NCBI GenBank assembly: GCA_965199825.1
Contig: OZ241329.1
Coordinates: 544,001-608,000 of the forward strand
Reading direction: 5' to 3'
DNA length: 64,000 bases
Source of the DNA: Bdellovibrionales bacterium
GTDB taxonomy: Bacteria > Bdellovibrionota > Bdellovibrionia > Bdellovibrionales > UBA1609
The position numbers were made by a program, and so were the translations under genes. Under the pieces are notes generated by a model that saw only the letters and a list, made by a program, of their open reading frames with translations, had not been told where the DNA came from and searched no databases. Position 1 is the first letter of the stretch; each line of letters starts with the position of its first letter. Shown here piece after piece: positions 21,463 through 31,656 of this stretch.

Positions 21463-21813
21463 CTACAAATTAATCTTATCTAACTGCTCTGAAAAATCTT
21501 CGACCTTGAGTCCTTGCAGCGAGCGCTGATCTTGGGTCAATCGAATATGATGAACAAAAGTTCTTGCGAGATAAATATTAATTCGGGCTTTCATTGGCTG
21601 GAGCAAATAGGTCATTTCATTCATGTGGGCACTTGAGGCGACCCACACAATCAATCGACCTTTTTTGAATTCGACGGGCTTTGAAACCTCTGCCCACTCA
21701 GGACCGATCACCTCGCCCCAATAGCGCCATAGGCGCCAACGAACAAATTGCTCCGCGAGCGGTGACTTGCTATTTTGTAAAAGGCTTTGTAGGACGTCGG
21801 ATGCAGATTTCAT
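21463..21813 (-). CDS. DciA/DUF721 family protein
   Basis: W.EVIG...A..SKPV.FKKG.L.VWV.SSA..NE pattern; start reassigned to the ATG at 21813. Confidence 0.75.
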   Translation of the reverse strand: MKSASDVLQSLLQNSKSPLAEQFVRWRLWRYWGEVIGPEWAEVSKPVEFKKGRLIVWVASSAHMNEMTYLLQPMKARINIYLARTFVHHIRLTQDQRSLQGLKVEDFSEQLDKINL

Positions 21814-21831
21814 GATACAAAAAGGAATAGC

Positions 21832-23205
21832 ATGATCAGAAATACTCGGCCAATTTATATCGTCGGCGCTGGACTGAGCGGCTCCGAATGCGCCTTTCAG
21901 CTCGCTGAAATGGGATTTCAGGTTCATCTGTTTGAGATGCGCGGGGTGCACAAAACGCCGGCGCATAAAACCTCAGATTTTGCAGAGCTTGTGTGCTCCA
22001 ATTCTTTTGGGAGCGAGACCGATTACTCAGCTCCTGGTCAGCTCAAATGGGAGGCTCAAGCGCTCAAGTCGCTGATCCTTCGTGTTGGCCAAGAGATGCG
22101 TGTGCCTGCAGGTATGGCGCTTAGTGTGGACCGCGAGGCCTTTGCTCAACGTGTGACTGAAATCATTCGCTCGCATCCCAACATCACCGTGCACCAAACC
22201 CAAATCGATCGCTTGAGTGATTTACCTCGACCACTGGTTGTTGCGACAGGGCCGCTCACCTCTGAGTCATTGGCGCAAGACCTACGCAGCCACTTTGATC
22301 ATGAATTTCTTTATTTTTTTGATGCGATTGCACCGATCGTTGCGGCTGATTCGATTGATACCTCGATTGCGTGGAAGGCTGATCGCTTCGATAAGGGGAC
22401 AAAAGATTATTACAACTGCCCCATGAATCAAGATCAATATTTTCAGTTTATAGAAGAAATTAAGAAAGCTCGCAAAATCGAATCTAAAGATTTCGAAAAA
22501 GACACGCCTTATTTTCAGGGATGTATGCCGATCGAAGCAATTGTTGAAACGGGCGATCAGACTTTAAGATTTGGTCCGCTCTCGCCCAAAGGACTTCGCG
22601 ATCCGCGCACGGGACTCAACGCCTATGCGGTGGTGCAACTTCGTCAAGACAACAAGGCCGCCACCGCATTCAATATGGTGGGCTTTCAAACCAAGATGGC
22701 TTACGGCGAGCAACAAAGAATTTTTAAAATGATTCCGGGTTTACAAGACGCCGAGTTTTTAAAATTAGGCAGCATTCATCGCAATCTTTATATTCAGAGT
22801 CCAAAAAAACTTACCCAGATTTTAAGCTCGCATAAAGATCCTGAACTTTTTTTTGCGGGCCAAATCACCGGTGTTGAAGGATACTTCGAGTCCACTTGCA
22901 TCGGACTTCTCATTGCCCATTTTATTCGGGACCTCGAACTCAACCGACCGGTTTCGCTTCCTCCGCGCGCCACCGCATTTGGTTCGCTGTTGAATGCGAT
23001 TACCGAAGACAATGACGACTTTCAGCCCACCAACATCAATTTTGGTTTATTTCCGCCAGCGGTATTAAAGACTCGCGACAAGCGCGCCAAAAAAGAGTCA
23101 CAATTGAATTTGGCCAAATCTGAATTTGAAAAATGGCTCTCTAAAGAATGGAATTTTTTGTCAGAGCGAAAATCAGATTCACTCGCAATCGCAACCGGGT
23201 CCTGA
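21832..23205 (+). CDS. trmFO: folate-dependent tRNA m5U54 methyltransferase TrmFO
   Basis: GAGLSGSE, AELVCSNS, FFDAIAP, FAGQITGVEGY. Confidence 0.95.
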   Translation: MIRNTRPIYIVGAGLSGSECAFQLAEMGFQVHLFEMRGVHKTPAHKTSDFAELVCSNSFGSETDYSAPGQLKWEAQALKSLILRVGQEMRVPAGMALSVDREAFAQRVTEIIRSHPNITVHQTQIDRLSDLPRPLVVATGPLTSESLAQDLRSHFDHEFLYFFDAIAPIVAADSIDTSIAWKADRFDKGTKDYYNCPMNQDQYFQFIEEIKKARKIESKDFEKDTPYFQGCMPIEAIVETGDQTLRFGPLSPKGLRDPRTGLNAYAVVQLRQDNKAATAFNMVGFQTKMAYGEQQRIFKMIPGLQDAEFLKLGSIHRNLYIQSPKKLTQILSSHKDPELFFAGQITGVEGYFESTCIGLLIAHFIRDLELNRPVSLPPRATAFGSLLNAITEDNDDFQPTNINFGLFPPAVLKTRDKRAKKESQLNLAKSEFEKWLSKEWNFLSERKSDSLAIATGS

Positions 23206-23682
23206 GCAATCATTGCAGTCGAGAGTTTTGTAAATTCGAAGCTCTCCCGGATAAATCCCTAAGCTTGAGGGGCACGAGCAAGTTTTGAGTCTGCTCCCTT
23301 GGCCCTCAAATCTATGTTTGTCATAAAATGCTTTCTCGATACGAGGCTGGTCAAAAAGTTGTTTTAAGATTTCAGCACCTTTTTGGCAGGTTTCGTTTTC
23401 TGAGGCGACTGAACGCTCGCTCACATTTTTGGATTGCTCCGCACATGGAACAGCCAACAATTTTTGGCGCTGCTCGTTGATTTTTTTGAAGGAATAAATT
23501 CTTAAAGGGGGTGGGCAATCTGTTTTGCAATGACAACTGAGGTCGGCAACACGGTCAGGCCCCACTAACTGTAATCCCACAGAGCGAAATCGCCTGATCA
23601 ATTCGCCCTCAATTTGTGAGCACTGGTCGGGTGAAATCGAAGCTGCATTTAATAAACCAACTATAAATAAAAATATCATCAC
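23179..23682 (-). CDS. small Cys-rich secreted hypothetical protein
   Basis: Signal peptide; two internal CxC..P..LRIY units. Confidence 0.6.
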   Translation of the reverse strand: MMIFLFIVGLLNAASISPDQCSQIEGELIRRFRSVGLQLVGPDRVADLSCHCKTDCPPPLRIYSFKKINEQRQKLLAVPCAEQSKNVSERSVASENETCQKGAEILKQLFDQPRIEKAFYDKHRFEGQGSRLKTCSCPSSLGIYPGELRIYKTLDCNDCSGPGCDCE

Positions 23683-23687
23683 TCAAG

Positions 23688-24092
23688 ATGACACAAAAAA
23701 TATTAATTTGGCAGAAATTTAAGCAATTGGTAATGTCGCTTATGACCTATTTTATCTTAAGTCTCTTGTCGGCGCATGCCTTTGGATTTTTAGATTATGT
23801 GGTGACCGATGTGGTCTGTGCGTCTGGGCATCCGGTAAGCAATTTTAATGAGACCGTCAGTATCGGCACAGTCATTTCGGAACGCTTGACACCGAACGTA
23901 AATGAACTCACTCGGTTTTATTCTGAACTGAATCAAGACCTTCACCAGATCTTAAGCGACAAAGAAAAAATTGTTCTCTTTACGAATACCACACGAGACA
24001 AGTCTCACTACACCGACGGTCGACTTCCCTGTGAAGAGGGCGAGCAGTATCTTGCCATTGGCAAGCCCGACAAACCAATTATTCAACAGTAA
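23688..24092 (+). CDS. secreted hypothetical protein
   Basis: ORF fills the gap; signal-like MTYFILSLLSAHA suggests a later start. Confidence 0.55.
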   Translation: MTQKILIWQKFKQLVMSLMTYFILSLLSAHAFGFLDYVVTDVVCASGHPVSNFNETVSIGTVISERLTPNVNELTRFYSELNQDLHQILSDKEKIVLFTNTTRDKSHYTDGRLPCEEGEQYLAIGKPDKPIIQQ

Positions 24093-25956
24093 CTGATTTG
24101 GCCAAATTTCTGGGTTGATCCACATCATTCCCCATACTCACCGCCAGATGATACGCCAGCAACTGAACCACCACCACTTCTAACAGCGGCATTGTGAACC
24201 ATGGTACATTTGGCAAAGACAGATAATGAAGTGAGAGTTCTCGCAATCTCTCGTTTGAACCCGTCCCGATAGAAATCAACTGCCCCCCGCGCGCCTTTGC
24301 TTCTTCGAGATTACTAATTGTTTTTTCATAAAGTTGATCCGATGGTGCAAGGGTTACGATTGCAATATTTGGATCGATAAGAGCGAGTGGTCCGTGTTTC
24401 ATTTCGCCTGCGGCATAACCTTCGGCGTGGATATAGGCGAGTTCTTTTAATTTTAAGGCACCCTCAAGGGCAATAGGATAGTGAATGCCACGACCCATAT
24501 ACAAAAAACCTTTATACTTTTTAAATTCGTTTGCGACCTCACCAAAAAATTTATCGTAAGACAAAACAGTATCCATATGAATAGGAACACTCAGGAGTTC
24601 CATCACATTTTTGGCTTCGTCTTGCCCGTGACCATGAACTTGGGCAAGTGCTAATGCCAAAACATTTAATACCGCAAGTGTGCTTGAAAATGCTTTGGTA
24701 CTGGCAACTCCCACCTCAGCGCCCGAATTCATATACAGATGACCTTCGGCCTCGCGATCGATGGTGCTGCGACGAACATTGCAAATGCTTAAGGTCTTTA
24801 ATCCCTTTTCTTTTGCAAGTCTTAGGGCTGCAAGTGTGTCGGCAGTTTCACCACTTTGTGAAATCACAACAACCAAAGTTTTTTTATCCACCACCGGCGA
24901 GCGATAGCGAAATTCACTCGCCACATCACATTCCACCGGAAGATGTGCGAGCTGCTCAATTAAATATTTACCGGCAAGGGCTGCATAGTAACTTGTGCCA
25001 CAGGCCACAAAAAAAAGCCGATCGGTTTGTTGCAAAACCTGTTTTGTTTTTTGCCAGTCTTTTTCAAAATCCAATTTTTCAAGATCATTAAAGGCTTCAC
25101 CAAAACCAACTCTGTTGAGTTTTACAGTTTTGTTTTCAACATCGATATGCGGAGCCAAAGCTTTGGCGACCGAGCGCGGCTGCTCAAAGATTTCTTTAAG
25201 CATAAAATGATCAAAGCCGCCTTTTTCAACTTTTTCGGCATCCCAATTCACTTTGGATAAAGGGCGTTTGAGAGTCTCACCTTTAATATTAAATACGGTC
25301 ATCTGATGACCCTGAACTTGCAAGATTTCGCCATCCTCAAGGTACAAAACATTTTTTGTATAAGGAACCACTGCTTGAAGATCACTGGCGATGATCACAG
25401 CGCTGTCGGTTTGTCCTGCAATTAACGGCGGCCCATTTTTAAAAGCGATAATCTCGTTGGGACTTTGTTGCGACACAACTAAGATGGCGTAAGCCCCATG
25501 AAGTTTTGGAATGGTATTTAAAACCGCTTGGAGCAGATTTTTGGTAGTTTTATTTTCGCGAGAGATCAGGTGGGCAACAAGCTCTGAGTCGGTGTCGGAC
25601 TCAAAAACTGCCCCCTCTTTTTTGAGTTGGTCTTTAAGATCTAAATAATTTTCGATGATTCCATTGTGAACAAGACTAATCCCTTCGACCACATGGGGAT
25701 GAGCATTGCGCTCATTGGGAGGACCATGAGTCGCCCAGCGAGTGTGGCCAATACCAACATGACCATCAAAGGTTTGATCTTTTAATTTTTTTGAAAGAAC
25801 ATTGAGCTTACCCGCAGCCCGGACTCGCTTGAATTGGCCATGATCCAAAATTGCAATCCCGGCGCTGTCGTATCCGCGATACTCGAGTGTGCGCAAGCCC
25901 TCTAAGATCACCTCTTTTGGATCTTGATTTCCTGAATAGCCAACGATTCCACACAT
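24079..25956 (-). CDS. glmS: glutamine-fructose-6-phosphate transaminase
   Basis: MCGIVG, GHTRWATHG, PRNLAKSVTVE. Confidence 0.98.
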   Translation of the reverse strand: MCGIVGYSGNQDPKEVILEGLRTLEYRGYDSAGIAILDHGQFKRVRAAGKLNVLSKKLKDQTFDGHVGIGHTRWATHGPPNERNAHPHVVEGISLVHNGIIENYLDLKDQLKKEGAVFESDTDSELVAHLISRENKTTKNLLQAVLNTIPKLHGAYAILVVSQQSPNEIIAFKNGPPLIAGQTDSAVIIASDLQAVVPYTKNVLYLEDGEILQVQGHQMTVFNIKGETLKRPLSKVNWDAEKVEKGGFDHFMLKEIFEQPRSVAKALAPHIDVENKTVKLNRVGFGEAFNDLEKLDFEKDWQKTKQVLQQTDRLFFVACGTSYYAALAGKYLIEQLAHLPVECDVASEFRYRSPVVDKKTLVVVISQSGETADTLAALRLAKEKGLKTLSICNVRRSTIDREAEGHLYMNSGAEVGVASTKAFSSTLAVLNVLALALAQVHGHGQDEAKNVMELLSVPIHMDTVLSYDKFFGEVANEFKKYKGFLYMGRGIHYPIALEGALKLKELAYIHAEGYAAGEMKHGPLALIDPNIAIVTLAPSDQLYEKTISNLEEAKARGGQLISIGTGSNERLRELSLHYLSLPNVPWFTMPLLEVVVVQLLAYHLAVSMGNDVDQPRNLAKSVTVE

Positions 25957-25961
25957 TTTAT

Positions 25962-27344
25962 TTAAACCTTTTTTCGATAATTTTCTTTTGCTACTTGGCG
26001 CGCTCGGGCAACTGCCAAAGAATTTTCTGATACATCTTTTGTGATCGTCGATCCAGCCCCAATAATCGCGCCGTCGCCAATCACCACGGGTGCGACAAAT
26101 TGGACATCACTGCCAACAAAAACATTATTGCCAATTGTGGTCTGATATTTTTTTAGATCTGCTGCATAATTGCAGGTGATCGTGCCGCAACCGATGTTGG
26201 TGTCTTCACCAACCACCGCATCTCCTAGGTAAGTCAGATGTGAGGCTTTTGAGCGCGCACCAAATTTTACTTTTTTAAGTTCAACAAAATTACCGATCTT
26301 TGATTCTTCACCGATTTCGGTTTCGGGTCTGAGGCGAGCGTAGGGTCCTACTACACTACGAGCTTTGACCACCGCTTTTTCGAGATAAGAACCTTGTCGA
26401 ATTTGAACGCTGTCTTCGATGGTCGACTCATTCAAAAAACAATGGGGCTCGATCACACAAAACCGACCAATTTTGGTTTTGGATTTAATAAAGCTACCAG
26501 GATAAATCACCGAGCCCTCACCAATTTCGACCCCAGGCTCAATGTAAGTGTTACGATCATCAAGAATCACCACACCATTTTCCATATGCTTGTGGGCACT
26601 CGCACGAAATACAAATTGCGAAGCCTTCATCAACTCAGCTTGTGAGTTCACCCCAAACGACACCCGTTGTGGAAAAGATTTGGCCTCTACCGATTTATGA
26701 TCTTCGCGTAAAAGCGAGACAATATCGGTCAAATAAAATTCTTTTTGTGAGTTTTGATTTTTAATTTTTGGTAAATATTCGGCCAAAATTTCGGCTCGAG
26801 TAATATAAATTCCAGAATTCACTTCGCGAATTTTTTTTGTTTCAGGCCCCGCGTCTTTGACCTCGACAATACTATGAAGCAAATTATTTTCGCGAACAAT
26901 CCGACCAAGACTTCCAGGATTTTTTAAGATCGATGTGACCACAATCAAGTCGCACGAGGATTGATAAAATTCTTCGACCATCGCTTGGATATCTTTGGCC
27001 TCGACAAGAGGCGCATCCCCACTCAGAATAATCACAATATCTTTGAGAGTTTCGGGTTGTGACGCTTGCACCGCGTTAGCTGTGCCTTTTTGCTCTTCCT
27101 GTTTGAAACACTGAGCACCGATTGGCTCAACCACTCGGCGCACCAGCTCCTCGCCACTCCCAACCACCACGCGGATTTCATAACTTCCGGCTAATTTTGC
27201 GGCGAGCACAACTTTTCGAATCATCGGATCGCCGGCGACTGGATGTAAGACCTTGGGCAAAGGAGATTTCATCCGCGTTCCTTTGCCAGCGGCTAGAATA
27301 ATCGTGGAGAATAATCGTTGAGGCATTTTTAATGGTTGTAACAC
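25962..27344 (-). CDS. glmU: bifunctional UDP-GlcNAc pyrophosphorylase/acetyltransferase
   Basis: LAAGKGTRMKS.LPKVLH; hexapeptide repeats; start probably at MPQR. Confidence 0.96.
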   Translation of the reverse strand: MLQPLKMPQRLFSTIILAAGKGTRMKSPLPKVLHPVAGDPMIRKVVLAAKLAGSYEIRVVVGSGEELVRRVVEPIGAQCFKQEEQKGTANAVQASQPETLKDIVIILSGDAPLVEAKDIQAMVEEFYQSSCDLIVVTSILKNPGSLGRIVRENNLLHSIVEVKDAGPETKKIREVNSGIYITRAEILAEYLPKIKNQNSQKEFYLTDIVSLLREDHKSVEAKSFPQRVSFGVNSQAELMKASQFVFRASAHKHMENGVVILDDRNTYIEPGVEIGEGSVIYPGSFIKSKTKIGRFCVIEPHCFLNESTIEDSVQIRQGSYLEKAVVKARSVVGPYARLRPETEIGEESKIGNFVELKKVKFGARSKASHLTYLGDAVVGEDTNIGCGTITCNYAADLKKYQTTIGNNVFVGSDVQFVAPVVIGDGAIIGAGSTITKDVSENSLAVARARQVAKENYRKKV

Positions 27345-27384
27345 ATCTCTCTCAAGGTCAAGGAAGGAGCGGCCAATTTCTCAA

Positions 27385-28044
27385 GTGATTGATTGTCCAA
27401 CATGGGCATTTTCTCGAGGACAAAAATCGATTCGGCTTGTTGCAAGCGATGAGCTCGAAAATATTCACAAACCCATTTTACTGATTGGCGGCGTTCACGG
27501 CGACGAGCCCGAGGGAACCACACTAGCCTTGTCTGTTTTGGATTGGCTGATCGATGATGCAGGAAAGCAACATTCTTGGATTGTGATTCCGGTTTTAAAT
27601 CCTGATGGTGTTGAAAAAAAAGAGCGAGTCAACGGAGCAGGCGTCGATCTCAATCGCAATTATCCATCAAAAAGTTGGTCTAAAGATTTTACTCAGCCGC
27701 GCTATAATCCAGGCCCTTTTCCGGCGAGCGAACCCGAGATCGCAGCACTTGTTCAATTGATTGAAAAAACAAAACCGCGACTCATCATCCATTGTCATTC
27801 ATGGCATCCGTGCATTGTTGCGGTTGGAAATCCTTTAGAGGCCCAAACGCTCTCAGCAGTGAGTGGCTACAAATTAATGGAAGATATCGGTTACCCCACA
27901 CCAGGAAGTTTATCTGAATACGGTTGGTTTGATCATCAGATCCCGGTGATCTGTATTGAAGAACAAGAAAACATTGATCTCCAAACCATTTGGCCGCGGT
28001 TTCAAACCGCGTTCGAAACTATTTTTAGAGGTGATCAAAATTGA
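27385..28044 (+). CDS. M14 zinc carboxypeptidase, MpaA-like murein peptide amidase
   Basis: GGVHGDEPEG, NPDG, GVDLNRNYP, SEPE, IGYPTPGSL. Confidence 0.85.
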   Translation: MIDCPTWAFSRGQKSIRLVASDELENIHKPILLIGGVHGDEPEGTTLALSVLDWLIDDAGKQHSWIVIPVLNPDGVEKKERVNGAGVDLNRNYPSKSWSKDFTQPRYNPGPFPASEPEIAALVQLIEKTKPRLIIHCHSWHPCIVAVGNPLEAQTLSAVSGYKLMEDIGYPTPGSLSEYGWFDHQIPVICIEEQENIDLQTIWPRFQTAFETIFRGDQN

Positions 28045-29927
28045 CACCCTCAATTTCGAGTGTCTTAGTCGTTGGCCACCCTCGATCTCATCAACTTCAA
28101 TTGGGATCAGACGTTGCGCCTCACATTCAGGAGGCTCAAAGTATTATTCATCACTCCTCTTATCGGGTGATTGTTTTACCGTTTACAGAGACCTGTGCCA
28201 AAGACGCATTCAATTTTATTCTCGAGCGCACAAGAATTTTTGCTAATACAAAATTTATTTTGTGCCGCGATCAAAATACCGAATCCCTATTAATAAAAGC
28301 TCTACAAACAGGATCTATTTATAGGGTTCTGGAAGGGTTTGATGACCCCCGGTTTGATCACGTGGTCCGCGAGTCTTTAGAAAAACTCTCTCGCGACAAA
28401 CAAGACGACGATTTGCTCGATCTGATTCACGACCGCACCGCAAGACTCGATGCACTTAAATTTAATCTTGCTGAGCGTGTGGCCAGACGCACGCGCTCGC
28501 TTCAGGCCTCGCGCAATAAACTGATCGAAACCAATCTACGATTTGAAGCTTTGCATTCGACATTTTTAAGTCTTTACCGATCCCAAAGTGTGAGCGAAAT
28601 GGAAAGTGAGCTTCTTAAAAATTTGAGTGAACCCCTAGAGCTTGATGGAGTCCGAATTGTTTTTGAATCACAAAGTGGAATTTTACCAAATGAAAATGAA
28701 AGTGTCCGAATCATTCCTTTGACTCTGTTGCCCGATCAACATGCACGCATCGTATTTTCACGCCAAATGAACACCAGCTTTTCAAAAGATGAAAACATTT
28801 TTTTAGAGCAGGTCGCCGAAGCGACGGGCCTAGCTTTGAATCGACTCTTAATTTTGCAAAAATCAGAGCGCCTCAAAAAACAATGGGAAGCCACCTTTGA
28901 TGCGATTCTTGATCCTTTATGCTTGACCACACTTGATCACAAAATCCTTCGCAACAACAAAGCGTTTTGTACAGCGGTAGGCAAAGATTTTTCCGAAATC
29001 TTAAGAGCCAATCCTTTTGAGATTTTATTTAACGAAGTCAATTTGCCCGAACTTAAACATAGCAGTTTTAAATTTTTAAAAACGGTGAACTCCAAAACTT
29101 TTGAAATTTCGGGCTCAACACTTTCCCATCGTTCATTGGTTGAGCCGATACGTTGGATTTTATTTCGAGATATCACTCATGCAAAAAAACTCGAAGACCA
29201 ATTGATTCAATCTGCCAAGATGGCCGAGCTTGGAACAATCGGAAGCTCCATTGCGCACGAACTCAATAATCCGATTGGAGGAATGCTCAGCTTTCTTCAA
29301 CTGATCAAAATGGATCTTAAAGAAGACGATCCCCACTACATCGATATCGATGAGATGGAAAAAGCAACTTTGAGGTGCAAAGAAATTATCGAAAATCTTT
29401 TGGGATTTGCACGTAAAGGCGACTCTTACATCCCAAATTTATTTGATCTCAAACCCATCATCGTCAAAGTTGCAAAGTTGATCGAGCTCTCGCAGCGCTC
29501 GATGGGTGTTCGAGTTGAAATGACGATTCCGGATCAGCCCATTATGATGTTTGGCCAAGCCGATGACTTACTCTCGGCCTTTCATTATCTTTTACAAAAT
29601 GCCTGTGAGGCGGTACTCGAGCGCAATCAAAATCCTTTGATTCAAATTGGTGTTGAGATCAGCTCAACAAAATGTATTTTGACAATCACAGACAATGGGC
29701 CAGGCATCGACGACAAGAATTTAAAGGTCATTTTCAATCCGCTGTTTAGTACAAAAAATCCTGCTCTCCACGCGGGGCTTGGATTAACAAATGCCTTCCG
29801 CATTATTACGGGCCACGAAGGTGAACTCGAAATTTTATCTTCAGCAGGCATAGGAACCTCGGCGAAAATCACTCTCAAACGTCCAGATTTGCCGGACTCG
29901 CGACAGGAAATTGACGGGAAAATTTGA
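28041..29927 (+). CDS. sensor histidine kinase (NtrB-like)
   Basis: AHELNNP H-box, QNACEA, DNGPGI, GLGL. Confidence 0.9.
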   Translation: MTPSISSVLVVGHPRSHQLQLGSDVAPHIQEAQSIIHHSSYRVIVLPFTETCAKDAFNFILERTRIFANTKFILCRDQNTESLLIKALQTGSIYRVLEGFDDPRFDHVVRESLEKLSRDKQDDDLLDLIHDRTARLDALKFNLAERVARRTRSLQASRNKLIETNLRFEALHSTFLSLYRSQSVSEMESELLKNLSEPLELDGVRIVFESQSGILPNENESVRIIPLTLLPDQHARIVFSRQMNTSFSKDENIFLEQVAEATGLALNRLLILQKSERLKKQWEATFDAILDPLCLTTLDHKILRNNKAFCTAVGKDFSEILRANPFEILFNEVNLPELKHSSFKFLKTVNSKTFEISGSTLSHRSLVEPIRWILFRDITHAKKLEDQLIQSAKMAELGTIGSSIAHELNNPIGGMLSFLQLIKMDLKEDDPHYIDIDEMEKATLRCKEIIENLLGFARKGDSYIPNLFDLKPIIVKVAKLIELSQRSMGVRVEMTIPDQPIMMFGQADDLLSAFHYLLQNACEAVLERNQNPLIQIGVEISSTKCILTITDNGPGIDDKNLKVIFNPLFSTKNPALHAGLGLTNAFRIITGHEGELEILSSAGIGTSAKITLKRPDLPDSRQEIDGKI

Positions 29928-29953
29928 CACCGTAAAACCCGCGCTCCTACCAT
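29924..29953 (+). promoter_or_regulatory. sigma70-type promoter of the sigma54 regulator
   Basis: TTGACA-N18-TACCAT. Confidence 0.55.
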
Positions 29954-30002
29954 AAACAAAGGCGCTCATGGATTGAGTGCCGTGTTCTACGGAAGGATCC
30001 GA

Positions 30003-31397
30003 ATGCAAGGCCACAGAATTCTGATTGTCGACGATGAAGCAAGTCTAAGGACTGCTTTGTTTCGAATCTTTGATCGCAAAGGCTATCAAGTGATCACCGC
30101 TTCGACTCGTCGTGAAGCCGAAATGATTTCGCAATCCGAAAAGCCAATTGATCTTGCTCTTGTTGATTTGCGTTTGCCCGATGGCGACGGCCTTGATTTT
30201 ATGACTCAACTTAAAACTTTGCATCCCAAGGCTCAGGTCATTATTTTGACAGGCTTTGGCACAATCGAAAATGCGGTGAATGCCACTCAGCGCGGCGCAT
30301 TTCATTTTGTGGCAAAGCCTTTTAATTTAGACGAAGTGGTCTCGCTGGTCGACCGCGCCTTATCCCAAGTGCGTTTAGAAAAAGAAAATCATCAACTGCG
30401 CACCGCACTTCACAAAAAATATCAGTTCGACAATATCATCGGCCAAAGTGAAGCAATCACCCGCGTGTTAGAAATGATCGAACTCGTCTCCGACAGTGAC
30501 TCTACGGTTTTGGTCATGGGCGAAAGTGGAACGGGCAAAGAACTTGTGGCAAAGGCCATCCACTACAATTCGAATCGCACCGAAAAACCATTTATCCCCA
30601 TCAACTGCGGAGCGATCCCCGCAGAGCTACTAGAATCAGAATTGTTTGGTCACGTTAAAGGTGCATTTACCGGAGCCGTCGCCAACCGCATCGGTCGATT
30701 CGAAATGGCCGACAGTGGATCCTTATTTCTTGATGAGATTGGCGACATGCACCCAAGCCTCCAAGTCAAATTGCTCCGGGTTTTACAAGAAAGAAAATTT
30801 GAGCCCGTGGGTTCAACCAAAACTTATTCTGCCAACGTGCGAATCATTGCAGCAACCAATGTCGAACTTGAACAAGCCGTCGAAGCGGGCCGCTTTCGCG
30901 AAGATCTTTACTATCGCCTTAATGTGATTCCGATTCGCATCCCTGCATTGCGAGAAAGAAAAACCGATATCCCTCTGCTGTTTCATTATTTTATGGAAGA
31001 GTTTAACCGCTCACGCAGCCGAAATCTTCAAGGTGTGACAAGCGAAGCAATGAACTTGCTGACCAATTACGGCTGGCCCGGAAATATTCGCGAACTCGAA
31101 AATTTGGTGGAGCGATTAAGTATTCTCAAAGGCCACGGCATTGTTGATGTGGGCGATTTGCCTGAGCGCTACCGCAAAGAAGTGATTGTACCACTCGACG
31201 CCTCACATCTCGAAATCCCCGAAGCCGGAATGGATTTTAATTCGGCAGTGGACGCTTACGAGAATGCTCTCATCATGCGCGCCCTAGAAAAAACCGGTTG
31301 GAACCGCAACCAAGCCGCACTGTTGTTGAGACTCAACCGCACAACCCTTGTCGAAAAGATTAAGAAGAAAGGGTTGCGGCCTCCAGAGTTGAGTTAA
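30003..31397 (+). CDS. sigma54-dependent response regulator (NtrC family)
   Basis: REC domain, [14 protein letters not shown] and HTH; ATG at 30003. Confidence 0.95.
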   Translation: MQGHRILIVDDEASLRTALFRIFDRKGYQVITASTRREAEMISQSEKPIDLALVDLRLPDGDGLDFMTQLKTLHPKAQVIILTGFGTIENAVNATQRGAFHFVAKPFNLDEVVSLVDRALSQVRLEKENHQLRTALHKKYQFDNIIGQSEAITRVLEMIELVSDSDSTVLVMGESGTGKELVAKAIHYNSNRTEKPFIPINCGAIPAELLESELFGHVKGAFTGAVANRIGRFEMADSGSLFLDEIGDMHPSLQVKLLRVLQERKFEPVGSTKTYSANVRIIAATNVELEQAVEAGRFREDLYYRLNVIPIRIPALRERKTDIPLLFHYFMEEFNRSRSRNLQGVTSEAMNLLTNYGWPGNIRELENLVERLSILKGHGIVDVGDLPERYRKEVIVPLDASHLEIPEAGMDFNSAVDAYENALIMRALEKTGWNRNQAALLLRLNRTTLVEKIKKKGLRPPELS

Positions 31398-31424
31398 TGG
31401 CTTTCTAGGGATGAGCTGTTTTTT

Positions 31425-31656
31425 GGGCACGATTTCTTCTCGAGCAAAAAAGAGTGTAAACTGATTGTTTCTGCAATCACGACACAACGTTAACCTTGTC
31501 TGGGCACGATCACTCCATTTTGTCGATGACGTGATGGGCTTGATGGTGTCTCAGCTCGTCCCTTCACGATCACTCCATTCTGTCGGCACGAAGATGTCTC
31601 GCCTTGTCTGGTTACGATCACTGAATTCTATCGCTGAAGTGATGGGCACGATGATG
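31425..31656 (+). repeat. GGGCACGA cores and degenerate duplication of the HNH copy 2 3' end
   Basis: Cores at 31425, 31502 and 31644; 31494-31548 matches 31602-31656 at 44/55; partial third copy at 31565-31585. Confidence 0.85.

Noticed and set aside
21813..21966. N-terminal extension of the DciA-like ORF
   Set aside because: Overlaps trmFO on the opposite strand; the ATG at 21813 gives a typical length.
31494..31656. DGR template/variable repeat pair
   Set aside because: Mismatches are not confined to adenines and no reverse transcriptase is present in the window.
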